From assembly GCA_002269645.1 (NCBI GenBank), contig NIVC01000279.1, forward strand, positions 1 to 53,139: a stretch of DNA of 53,139 nt, written 5' to 3'. How positions within the stretch are numbered: position 1 is the stretch's first letter; every line of letters begins with the position of its first letter. The stretch comes from Macrostomum lignano. Lineage: Eukaryota. The notes beneath the pieces were generated by a model. That model ran no database searches. It was not told the origin of the DNA and saw nothing but the letters and a program-made list of their open reading frames with translations. The position numbers and the translations under genes were made by a program. Shown piece by piece: positions 23,145 to 33,935 of this stretch.

Positions 23145-23600
23145 TTTAATGCTAGCTCTTATCTTCTCATTGATTGCAGGGTCCACACTGTCTGGATTTG
23201 GGGCCAGTAGAGCCAGTGGCTAAATCTCTTGTTAAGGCCTACTTTCTGTTACAGAATTCTTTATCTTTTAGGCCGCAGTGACAGCACGTCCCACCGAGTA
23301 CGCCACGTTCTTAATATTATCTTTGTTCTCACTAATGACTTTAGCGATCCGAGCAACCTGTGCAATTATATCAGCAAGACCAGTCCCTGAGCGTTCTTTC
23401 CTTGGATAGTGACCTGCTGGGAAAAGTCCGGATCCACGCTTAATTAGATTAAGTTCCTCCTAGTCATAGTATTTGTCCACGTCTTTCTGTTGCTGATGTT
23501 GTTGTTCTAGATATTTCATGACTTCCCCCTAATCTGGCAAATCGAACCATACTTTGATGTGCTCGTACTTTTTGAATCTAGTCAGGTTGACACCGCTATC
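23145..23600 (-). pseudogene. Polinton core-like protein relic
   Basis: MYDSGVNLTRFKKYEHIKVWF...LIKRGSGLFPAG...SGTGLADIIAQV...IKIGSGFKFD*, with internal stops; contains GSG/GTG motifs. Confidence 0.5.
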
Positions 23601-23630
23601 GTACATCGTTCAAAAGCTGAAACGGAGAGG

Positions 23631-23905
23631 AGATTTTGCGCCCATTGAGGTTGCGCAGTTGCCGTCACGCAGCCCAAGCCCACGCGAATCTCCTATTCCG
23701 CGCTCCACCCCCCATCGCACCTGAGCAACAACTAGGAGAAATTTCAACTATAGATAGGCAGGCAACTAGGGGACGTCGATCTAGCGACACTAAACCGCCC
23801 AGAGCGATTGCGCAGGAACCTGATAGGTTACAGGTCAACCCTAGCCGCAAGACATATGCGTCTCGCCTGGCCAGGTTACTTAACCGAATATTTCGCCGAA
23901 AATAA
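23631..23905 (+). mobile_element. Probable C-terminal tail of an LTR-retrotransposon integrase
   Basis: Low-complexity stretch ending RGRRSSDTKPP...PDRLQVNPSRKTY, similar to the RRSxR...PxRL tails of Gypsy integrases. Confidence 0.35.
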
Positions 23906-24837
23906 TTACCTTCCAGCGACGGAAACGTCAATGGACGAAGCACCTGAAAGAGTGCCGACCAGGCCCAAGCTGCCGGATTGTCCAAAGAAGTCAGGAACCG
24001 TCGCCAAGCGGGTCGCTGATTTGAAGGCCCAAGGGAGATTGACTCTGAAGAGCTCCGTCGTGGTACCCCCTCGGAGCCGGATGCCCGACTTGACTTACAT
24101 GGAAGATCAAATTGATATTTTCGCCCCTAACTCACCCCTAGACTCAAACAGCACGCGCGCCGCGCCTCAATAGGCTGCTGCCGATAGAGTCTAGTGATAG
24201 GGAGGAGCGCCGAACCGATGGTTCGCATCTATCGGAACCAAGGGCGCGCCAGCCAGAGGGCAGTCTGGCTAGGCGCCCACCAGAGATAGGCGATGACCCT
24301 GAGTCGCGCCCGCCAAATGCCGCCGGGAAGAACAGGCCGCCGCGTCGACGTGGAAAGCGCGGAGGCCGATTTCGCGCCCTGCCGGGCGGCAGCTGTTTCT
24401 ACAGTTGCGCCAGGCTGCCGCTGCGGTCACGACGTCCACCCGCGTCACGCTCGCAACGTCCGACCGCCTGAGCCGCGCCAGAGACAGGTCAGCTGGCTCC
24501 GCCGCCGTCGAGCTGTAGCAGCTCCACGTCCACGGATGACCTGACGGCGTGGGCGAAACAAACGCAGGCGCAAACGATTGCCAACCTGTTGTTTCTGGCC
24601 GGCACACGACGGCACCTATTCGCCAATCTGCCGCCGGACTTACAGGTGCAGCTGAGGCAGGAGAGCCTGCAATACCGCCAGTTGCTCTACGAATGGGCCG
24701 CCAATCTGGCAGCCCGAGCGCTGGCTGACCAGAACTTCGACCGCCTGCACGTTGAGTTAGTGGCGCGCCGTTTCGCCGCTCAGTTGGGCCACGCCGATCT
24801 GCCACCGACGCTTAAGGCCGTTCTCCTGCCAATGTAG
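23856..24837 (+). CDS. Unknown ORF of about 325 aa (one frameshift, one stop) downstream of the putative integrase tail
   Basis: ATG 23856 is open to 24173; a second frame is open 24166-24837 except TGA at 24469. Arg/Pro-rich middle and a helical C-terminus. Confidence 0.45.
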
Positions 24838-26024
24838 TTTAACAGGGCAAAACTATGACAAACTTAATTTTGGTGACTCGGCAAAAGTCCGCAACGTAAC
24901 TATTCGTGTGCTGTAGGCCAACGTGGCCTTAACTTAGCATTTCTTTTCTTTTAATATTTTAGGTCAATTTATCGATCCTTCCCCCTCTCAGCGTTGAGTC
25001 GTTTGCATTTTTTTATGAATCAGGCATATCTCTGTTTTTATCATACTTAGTACACCTGTTAACTCATCCGTTATTATGTTATTCCTCGTTCTTAATTATT
25101 CTGCGTGCTTGCCAGCCAATAAGGTCGCCATTTCTTTAATTCGTTTTCCTATTTTACGCCTATATATCATTGCAGGTAACACCTTTTTGAATAAACCGTG
25201 GAACTTACCTATTTTTTCAAATAAACGCTGAAGCCGTCAGCTTCTTCCGGCTCATCTTTTAGCTGGAGGAGAGTGATGTGGCCGCAGCCTTCTGCTGCAA
25301 GCATAGGGCCGCAGTCACATCTTAGGCACTGTTGTCCGCTGCTAGTATCTGGAATAGGATTTTTTCTGCTGCCTCCATGCACTCTAAGCAGCCTTCCTTG
25401 GCGCTCAGAAGTTGCACAATATGGCGCAATCTTTAACATAGGAAATTAGGAGGTTTTGCTTAGCCTAGGGTTAGTTAGTGGAAGCCGCCAAATTTGGCGC
25501 TTGCCTGTACTGTTGTTGCCTGGCCTGCCGCGTACGATCGCTCAGTGTACGCAAGTCTAGTTAGCCGCACTCCTCCCCCGTGCGCTCTCTAGACCCTTCC
25601 CCCTTCTGCTCTCTCGTTCCTCCTGCGTCCGAGCCTCTCCCCATGCGTCATTCTATTTTTAGACTGAGGGTTTCGCGGACCCCGTGTCCCGAGCTGAACC
25701 CTCCCTCACGTGCTGCCTTGTGCGCACAAGCCCAAATTTGGCATGCTATTGTCACTGGTGGCTGGAGGCGACTGTCGGCGCTTCATACAAGCTACTTTCT
25801 CCCCATGTTTAATCAATATCTGTTGTGCATCATTATCCGCACTTTTCGGCTGCAGTTCCATGGTCAAGCCACGGAATGCCCAAACGCTCCACCCTCCGCG
25901 TTCTATATTAACGAATGCAGGCCCGCTTGTCTGAATTTTTCCTCAGAGCCGTTTTGACTGCTGGTCAGTCTCGTCGAGAGCTATCTCGAGAAAGCGCTCT
26001 AGCGCCGGTTAACAGCGAAGCAAA

Positions 26025-26199
26025 GCTCCTGAGCAGGTCTTGGTAGAGCTATAAGCATCGCTAAGCAGCTGCAAGCTCCTGAGCAGGTCTTGGTAGAGCT
26101 ATAAGCATCGCTAAGCAGCTGCAAGCTCCTGAGCAGGTCTTGGTAGAGCATTGCAGCGCTCAAGCAGAAAGCACGCTCCTGAGCAGGTCTTGGTAGAGC
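26025..26199. repeat. 50-bp period tandem repeat with an invariant 25-bp core GCTCCTGAGCAGGTCTTGGTAGAGC, 4 copies
   Basis: Cores start at 26025, 26075, 26125 and 26175. Confidence 0.9.
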
Positions 26200-29100
26200 A
26201 TTGCTAGTGCTATAGCTCTGGTTTTCCAGCCTACCTATTGGCAGGAAATCAGTTGGCTGAAGCCATTCTGCTAGTGTCTTTTTGCGACACAGGCGCGAAT
26301 AAGAGTGAAAGTGAGTGTGCAGTCGCAGCACTCGTGCGCGATCCTAAGAACTAGCTGTTAGTTTATAGGCCTAGAGTCTATTGCTGCTTCAGGCGCATAG
26401 ACCTACTTCCTCGCCGCCCATCTGCGCGAGACGTAGCTATTAGGTTAATAGGAGTTAAGGGTCCTCTGAGAGCTAAACTCAGACACGCTCAAGCGTGGAC
26501 ATTGTCAGTGCCAGGACTGCGCCGCTCAGGCCATTGCTACCATTGAGTCCTGTCACTTGGACATTGAAATATCTGAGACTAGTTGTTCTAGCGTTATTTA
26601 TTTGCGTGGAGCCCAAACAGACCCCTTCATTGCGGATCCTACGGTTCCCACGCTGGTGGCAGCACTACCCTTGATCTTAGATTTCTCCCCAGTCTCAACC
26701 CCCATAAGTATAACCGCTAAGACTGCCCCGGCCAATAGCAGTCCACCTCGTTCTATCCCGGGCAGTAAAGCGAGTTTATTACAATAGTCCCTTTCGCATA
26801 CTACTTCACCCCATTACTATACACATTAATTCATCTTCCTGTAATACCTTGTGTGTGTCATGGACAAGCTCAGGTTTTTGGTTCTTTCTGGCGACAAGCA
26901 GATTTTAGAAATAGGCGCTAGTATTGCTTTAGGAGAATTTCAAGATTTTACTACTGAGAACTAGATCAGCTATGGTATCTACAATAAGTACAGCTTGGAA
27001 AGTATCACTGTACGAGAACAAATGGTACAACGGTATCGTTGTATAAGTAGTGCTTGATGAAGAAATGGACACAGAACCAACAATCAAATTCATCTGACTT
27101 GATAAATAAAAAATAAAGGTGCTGATGGCATCTTCAACACTATTCCTTGAGTCAATGTAGGCAAGAGAAACCACTTACCAAACATGTCGGTAAGTACTGC
27201 TTAATTTTTATTAATTAGCTTATAATCACATGCATTTTGACTTTATTCCTATTTAATATATAAAGACGCAAAGGGCAAAAAGGAAGAAGACTAGTTGGCC
27301 CTAGCGTGAGCGCACTCACAGAACAGCCAGGAGGGGCACGTCATGGTAGACTGGGGGCTGAGACCGATTGCCTGCAAATAAATTGGAACAGTAAAATAAT
27401 TATAACAATTTCCTATTTCTCTCATCTTTTATCATCAATAAACTGCAAATAAAGATGCTCTCTTTTCATCAAGACATCTTTCACTTTATTCAAAAAGTTA
27501 TTTTATACATTAGGTAACATTGTGTTTTTTTAACCTTCCTATCATTTCATATTCAATAATTTAGAGCATTCTGACATCTGAGGATAGCAACGCAGAGAGA
27601 GCGAGGTCCAATAATTGCTAACAGCATTAAGCAATGGGTGTTATGTAGGTCAACCTGCCGGAGCCAGAACTGCCGACATTCAATGCCTCACCACTACTGT
27701 CCTAATTGGTGGGCAAAGAAGCATTTTGAGCTCCAACACCACCCCAAGATGTTAATGCCAGTGACATTGACAACTCCCACACGGACAGTTTGGCAAATGG
27801 AAACCACTCAGTGCATGCCCGCAACAGCTGCAGCCATTGCAAGGATACAGTGGACGTTGCAATTGGCATCAACAGCAGCAGCGGCCAATGCAGCTAAACG
27901 AGGAAAAAAACACCTGACCTTGACTCTGAAAGTGACGCTAGGATAGACAAGCTGTGTCATGCTGCAGTAAAAAGCATTTGTCAGTTTCTGGCCAGGGAAG
28001 GTGTTGATGCTGAATCACTTGGCAGGGTTTTTCTTTATGCCTTAATAACAAGTGGTATTTCTATGTTTTTTTTACTTAGAAATTATCTTTGTTGTATATT
28101 CTATACTATATTCTATATACTTTAATCAACACTTTTTCTAGCCATTTTTATTGCATTGCTTATATAAGCATCTTTCTGCCTAAAAACAATCTATTTTTGC
28201 ATTGCTTAGCTTATATATACATTTTTTCTAGCCAATTTTCATGTGTTGCATCTTTTCTGATTGACAAAAATTTTATTCATTGTACTCATGGTAACAATTT
28301 TACATGTATATATTTTTCATGCATAAATTCTATAACTTTCTTTGTTCAAATTTTATATTAGGAAAGGCAAGTTGAAGAAGGGCACTTGTAATATGTACGA
28401 ATGTTTTAAATTTACTCATTTGGCCTATATTTTGTAAAAAAACATTTTTCAAATTTGAGCTAAAACTAAGCTTTGCTTAAATGTGATTTGCAGAAATATT
28501 CTTACCATAAGCATTTGTTTTAACTGCAAGAAATATTGATATAAATAGAAGCCCCGAGTGAGCCAAGAGAAGCAACTTGCCGCAAGCTTCTAATTGCAAG
28601 CAAAGTTTAATATAAGTCCTTACTAAATCTTTAAAAAGCTGTTGTTCAAATTGACTTATTTATTTTCTAGAGTATTCAGCCCCTTATTGGGAGAATTAGA
28701 GAACCGCTAAGGAGCAAGAATTGCATTAGGGCAATAACCCTATAGAGTGTATAACTGCCCTAAGGCAAGAGAAATCACCTCAGGGCAGAGAAAACTGCAT
28801 AAGGCTATGACCCTCTAGTCCCGAGAATGCCCAGGACTAAGAGATAGTAGGAATAGATAGTGCCATTATACCACTCAGGCCAAAGAGTATAATTAATATA
28901 CAAATGCTACCAATAAGATAAGTAGATGTAGATATATAGAAGTAGACAGAGAAGTAGTCACACTACCAATAAGTTAGTGCATTAATACAAAAGTACATTA
29001 ATTAATGGAAAGAAGTTTAACCTTGCATCCACTTTGGTGGCAGCTTTAGACAAACCAGAAAATAGGAGTGAGAATAGCCCTACAATTGCTAGTGTTAGCA

Positions 29101-30248
29101 GTGGGGATATTATTATTAAAGAAAGTATCATACAACAGCTAATGACTTAGCCATGCAAATAGCCACGGAGGCAAATGCAAGTAAATAGGAATTAAATATT
29201 AAATATAATGCCATCTTAAATAAAATTAGAGATTATTAACTTACTAATTTAGTTTATTCCTAAACTAGGCCTAGATTATAGATCTAATAGTTGAGCCTTA
29301 GCCTAATGATTAGTAAGCTTAAGGACCTATTAATAGCTAACTGACAATTATAATAATAGGCAGAAGTAAAAAAACTTTAAATTAAGCTAGTATTAGCCTC
29401 TAAATAGATATATATTTACATTGACATATCTTTATATATACAATGAGCAGTGTAGTGACTAGCTGCTAGCTAGTTATTCAGCAGCATTCACTAGTGTAGA
29501 AGGGCTTATGTTTATTCCTAGAAAATTAGTTTGTTTCCGCGAAATTAAATTCCGCCAAAATAATAAGTACTGTATGATTTGTTTTAATTTGTAAATTTGT
29601 TTTACTGAATAATATTTTGTTTTAAGGATGCGAATAATTTGTTTTAGCTATTCATTTGTTTTAATGTTAGATACGTAAGCCAATGAAACAAGACTCTAAC
29701 TAGTATAAATACAAGGCAAAAAGAACGTTTCTAACTTCGACCTTTCGGGTTCCTAATCAGTTAACAGGAAATTAAGATTTCTTGGTTCTTCTGAATTAGT
29801 ACTTTGAAGCAGTATTGCAGACTAAGTTACCGTGTTGGATAGCAGAAAGCGTTTTGCCAGTACAGTGATAAGCAGGGATTGCTGATCAAAGAGGGTGGAA
29901 TACCCAGTAAAGAGGGTGGAATACCCAGTGTAGAAAGGTTGGATTACCCAGGAAGGGAGAATTTTCAGGTTGCTCAGATTAGCGTGATACAGTTCTAAGT
30001 CGTGAGAGACAGTAATAAAGGAAGCCGGAAACCCCTTGATCTGTGGTAAACGCCGTGTTTGGACCGGATAATTTTAGAAATTTAGCAGTAGTTAGCAGTG
30101 TCTTGCCGCTCGGGCACTGAAGCTACCAAGGGTAACTCGTAGCGACGATAGCCCATAACATAAAAGTACATGTAAGTATAGAAATAGGATTCTTAGAAAT
30201 AGCAAACTTAGCAGATTTAGTACAGTTCAGTGATTAAACTTTAGAATT

Positions 30249-30435
30249 AAATAGAGAGAGCCAGAAGGCCTGCTACAACTTGGTATCAGCTGTGGGATCT
30301 AGTAGAAATAGAGAGAACGCCTACGACAACTTTGTGGCATTTAGTGGGATTCTGAGAGGTAGAGGAAGCAGGCCCACTACAACTTGTTGACAAGTCGGTG
30401 GGATATTATAAAATAGCGAAGGGGCCTACCACACT
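30249..30435 (+). repeat. Three-plus degenerate units of about 52 bp, each resembling an LTR end followed by a tRNA-Leu PBS
   Basis: Units end CT(A/G)C(T/G)ACA-ACT followed by TGGTATCAGCTGTGGGAT, TTGTGGCATTTAGTGGGAT and TGTTGACAAGTCGGTGGGAT. Confidence 0.5.
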
Positions 30436-30600
30436 AGCTTTCCCTAAGAGTGCTGTGATCTGCTGCCACAGTATCTCAGTCCACCTGATCTAGTGAGAGA
30501 GATACCCTATGCTGGGCCTAAGTGTTTACTGCCAATGACTCATTGCCTAAGCAGGCGCGGGCAGCCACACTTAATGTCTTCCACTTGCGCTGAGGTGTAG

Positions 30601-30718
30601 CAGGATGACTCATCATTTGCGCGGAGTGTAAGGGCTGCCTAGAGGGAATAAACAGGATGACTCATCACTTGCGTGGAGTATTAAGGCTGCCTAGAGGGAA
30701 TAAACAGGATGACTCATC
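30601..30718. repeat. 52-bp tandem repeat (2.3 copies), each with TGACTCA
   Basis: CAGGATGACTCATCA...GGCTGCCTAGAGGGAATAAA is repeated. Confidence 0.85.
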
Positions 30719-31554
30719 TACCAAGTTCTATTTTTAGCACAGAATAAGCACATGACTGTACACACATGCTGTGCGTGGCCACTGACCTTGGGTCACACCA
30801 CTGCTGCGTGACAGGGTTGCCTTATTTGGAAGTTGGCCTTGAATCACGCGTCACTCGCATGATTTTTATGACCAAAAAGGAAGTTTCACGCGCTCACCAC
30901 ATGATACTCACGTGACTTTTGGGGGGTCTGCTTGGCTATAAATACGGAGCATCTGTGAGCCATTTTTCTCCCGACTGTGTCATCTCACAGAGCATTGTGG
31001 CTGACTTAGTGACTTGTGAAGCCTTCTCTGAGCTCTCTTCTCTCATTTCAGGTTTTTCAGGTTTTTAGGTTCGAGCAGCATTTTACTAAGACAAACGACT
31101 GTCGAGACATTTTTCAGATTTGCCTTTTCTCTGAGCGACTTTGTTATTTTATTTCAGGTGGCAGATAGACAACTCTGCCGATGCATCGAGTCCGCATACC
31201 AAGGTGGCAGCAACCTTACCAAGTCAAGGCTAATCTTTTAGGTTCATTTTCAGGCAAACTGATAGGTAGTACAATGGTGCTATTTAGCTATTTCAGGAGC
31301 AGCGGGTTCTATTTCTAGGAACATCTTCAAGAATCCAAGGAGTAGTACTTGAATGAGCAAATTTATATACCCTAAATTTATGCTTAAAATTCAAAAAATG
31401 CAGTTTAAATGCTGTTTCAAAACTTATCTTTACACCTTATTTTGACCTTTACATTGCCAAAAATAAGATCTAGAAAATCACACAAGTTGAGAGGCCAAAG
31501 CATACTTTGAACACAAGAAAATATGTAGATATACAAGCCATTGAAACCTACAAA

Positions 31555-32770
31555 TTTTGAACCCAGGGAATTCCAATCCCTAGAAATATTTTTGCATATA
31601 TATATTGAAATATGAGGCCATATTGAAACAAAAACTTGTTATTAGTTAGTAGGATAGAGGTAACATAAAATTAAATACATTTGTGTAAAATTAGATTTTG
31701 AGGCAAACATTTGATTTTGTTAGTTGGGGTACTAAGCTAAATATCAATCAATGTCTATTTAATTCTAAAACATATATTGGCAAACTCTGGCTTTTGTCTA
31801 AGACTCTCCCTATGTCCCTTGGATCCTTTGAAACTTTTATCTTCTCTTCTGTTTTTTTCTTCTTTTTTGTCCTGTCTTTATTATTTCTTCTATTTTCTTC
31901 TCATTTTTTCTCTTCTCTTTTTGCTTCTCTTTTCTCTTGTATCTTCTTTCATTTCTCTTTTTTCATCTCTTTTATCTAATCTTTTCTTTTTTCTTCTCTT
32001 TCTCTTTTTCTTTTTTCTCTTTGCTCTTTTCTCTTTCCTTTCCTTTTTTTGTCTCTTCCTTCTCTTCTCTATTCTTTTCTATCTTGCTTGCTCTTTTCCT
32101 TTCTCTTTTTTTATCATTTCTCATTTCTTTCTGCTATTTACTCTCTCTCTTCTTCCTTCTTTTCATTCCTGACTCTCCCCTCTCTTAACACTTCCCTCTT
32201 TTCTTTTTCTCCTTTATTCTATAAACTTTTTCCTTTACACTTTTATCTTTCCTCTTTACTCTTTTTTCTCTCTCCTCTTATATATTTTTTTCTTTAGCAT
32301 CTACTCTTTTTTATACTCTCCCTTTTAATCTCTTTTTTTCTTTCTAGTCTTTTCCTTTCATTTATCTTTTATCTCTCATTTCTTATCTTTCTTTATACTT
32401 CTCTTATCTTTACAACCTTATCTTTCCTCTATTCCTCTTCTTTCTAGTAGTTAATTTTATAACCTACAAGCTGTTAAAACCCGCGGATTTTGAACCTGGG
32501 GAATTCCAATCTTTGGAACTATTTTTGCATATATTAAGATTAAACTCAAACAAAAACATTTGGGATAGAGTTAAACATAAAATAGAGTACATTCGTGTAA
32601 AATTAGGATTTGAGGCAAACATTGATATTGTTGGCTGGGGTGCTGCGCAGAATGTCAGGAAAACTCTGGCCTCTACCTCTGCCTCTCCCTATGTCCCTTG
32701 CATCCTTTGAAACTTCTATCTTCTCTTTTGTTTTCTTACTTCTCTCTTGTCTCTTGTCTCTTCTCTCTTC
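31555..32770. repeat. Two diverged direct repeats of about 250-300 bp flanking a polypyrimidine tract of about 600 bp
   Basis: GGGAATTCCAATC...TTTGAGGCAAACATT...CTCTCCCTATGTCCCTTG..TCCTTTGAAACTT appears at about 31565 and 32500; C/T tract at about 31840-32450. Confidence 0.75.
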
Positions 32771-32809
32771 TTTCATCTCTTCTCATCACATAATTGTGCC
32801 AAAATAGTT

Positions 32810-33790
32810 TAGGATTATCTATGTCAAATTTGAAGAGAATCGATAGAAGTGGAGTGGCGCTATAGAGGATTAAGTAAAAAAATCGCGCATTTTGAGCAGT
32901 TTTTGTACTTTTAGGTAGGAAGACTCAAATTTAGGAAATTAAAAGGTAGCCTAAGACATTCTCCGTAGTAAGTTTAAGGTGGGTGTAAAGTTTGGTGTAA
33001 TTTGGTTGAGTGGTTTGGGAGTCCATAGCGATCAAAATTGTCCACAGACAGACCACAGACACACAGAGTTTTGATTTTTATAGGTAGAGATTTTACATAT
33101 CTAAGCCCAGATTAGAAAAAAAAGGCAAGCAGAATTTGGGGTGGCTGCCTTGCTAACAATAAAACAATTTAACTTTAAAGGCACAGAGCCATTCAAGATT
33201 AACTTTGAGACTTAAAATTGTTTACAATTGTGTCAAAATAGTTAAATTGTTTATGTCAAATTTAAAAAACGATTGGTGAAACTGGAACAAGGCTATAGAA
33301 GATTTAATAAAAAAATTGTATATTTTGAGCAGTTTTTTGCACTTTTACATATGACTAGCACATTCAATGCCTATAAGGACATTTAAATCTAGAATTCAAA
33401 CACTGAAAAGATAAAAAAATCATTTTTGAACATTTGACCCATTTCTAATTTGAATTTTTCAACAAAAAGTTATGCATGATTGCCAAAAAATAAAATTTTT
33501 AAAACTAATTTAGAAAAATTAGCTATATAGTTTTTTTAGAAAATCAATAACAGGCAAACAGATAAAAAACAACATAAAATTTGTATATAGAAGATTTAGG
33601 TAAGAAGACTTGGATTTAGGAAATTTTAAGGTAGCTAGGCTTAATACATTCTCTAAAGTGAGTTTATAATAAGTTCAATATTTGGTGTAATTTGATCAAG
33701 CAATTTAGGAGTCCATAGCAATCAAAACTAAATTATATATACACAAACAGACAAATTAATAGAGCTTTCATTTTTATAGGTAGAGACTTG
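32810..33790. mobile_element. Two diverged copies of a DINE/HINE-like non-autonomous element end
   Basis: TTTGGTGTAATTTG...GGAGTCCATAGC.ATCAAAA...ACAGAC...TTTTATAGGTAGAGA occurs at about 32990-33090 and 33680-33787. Confidence 0.4.
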
Positions 33791-33935
33791 CATATATTCC
33801 TACCTAGTCCTTTGAAATTAAAGAAATTATACTTTGAGCCTTAAAATTGCACCTTAAAATTGGGTACAAAGTGGAATTTTGCATATTGTCTTTTGCAAAA
33901 AACTTTGCTAACATAACTGCCAACAATAGGTCTAA

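Noticed and set aside
26025-26199. CRISPR array
   Set aside because: The first two spacers are identical, the others are related, there are no cas genes, and the context is eukaryotic.
31698-32297. Phe/Leu/Ser-rich membrane-like ORFs
   Set aside because: Artefact of the polypyrimidine tract.
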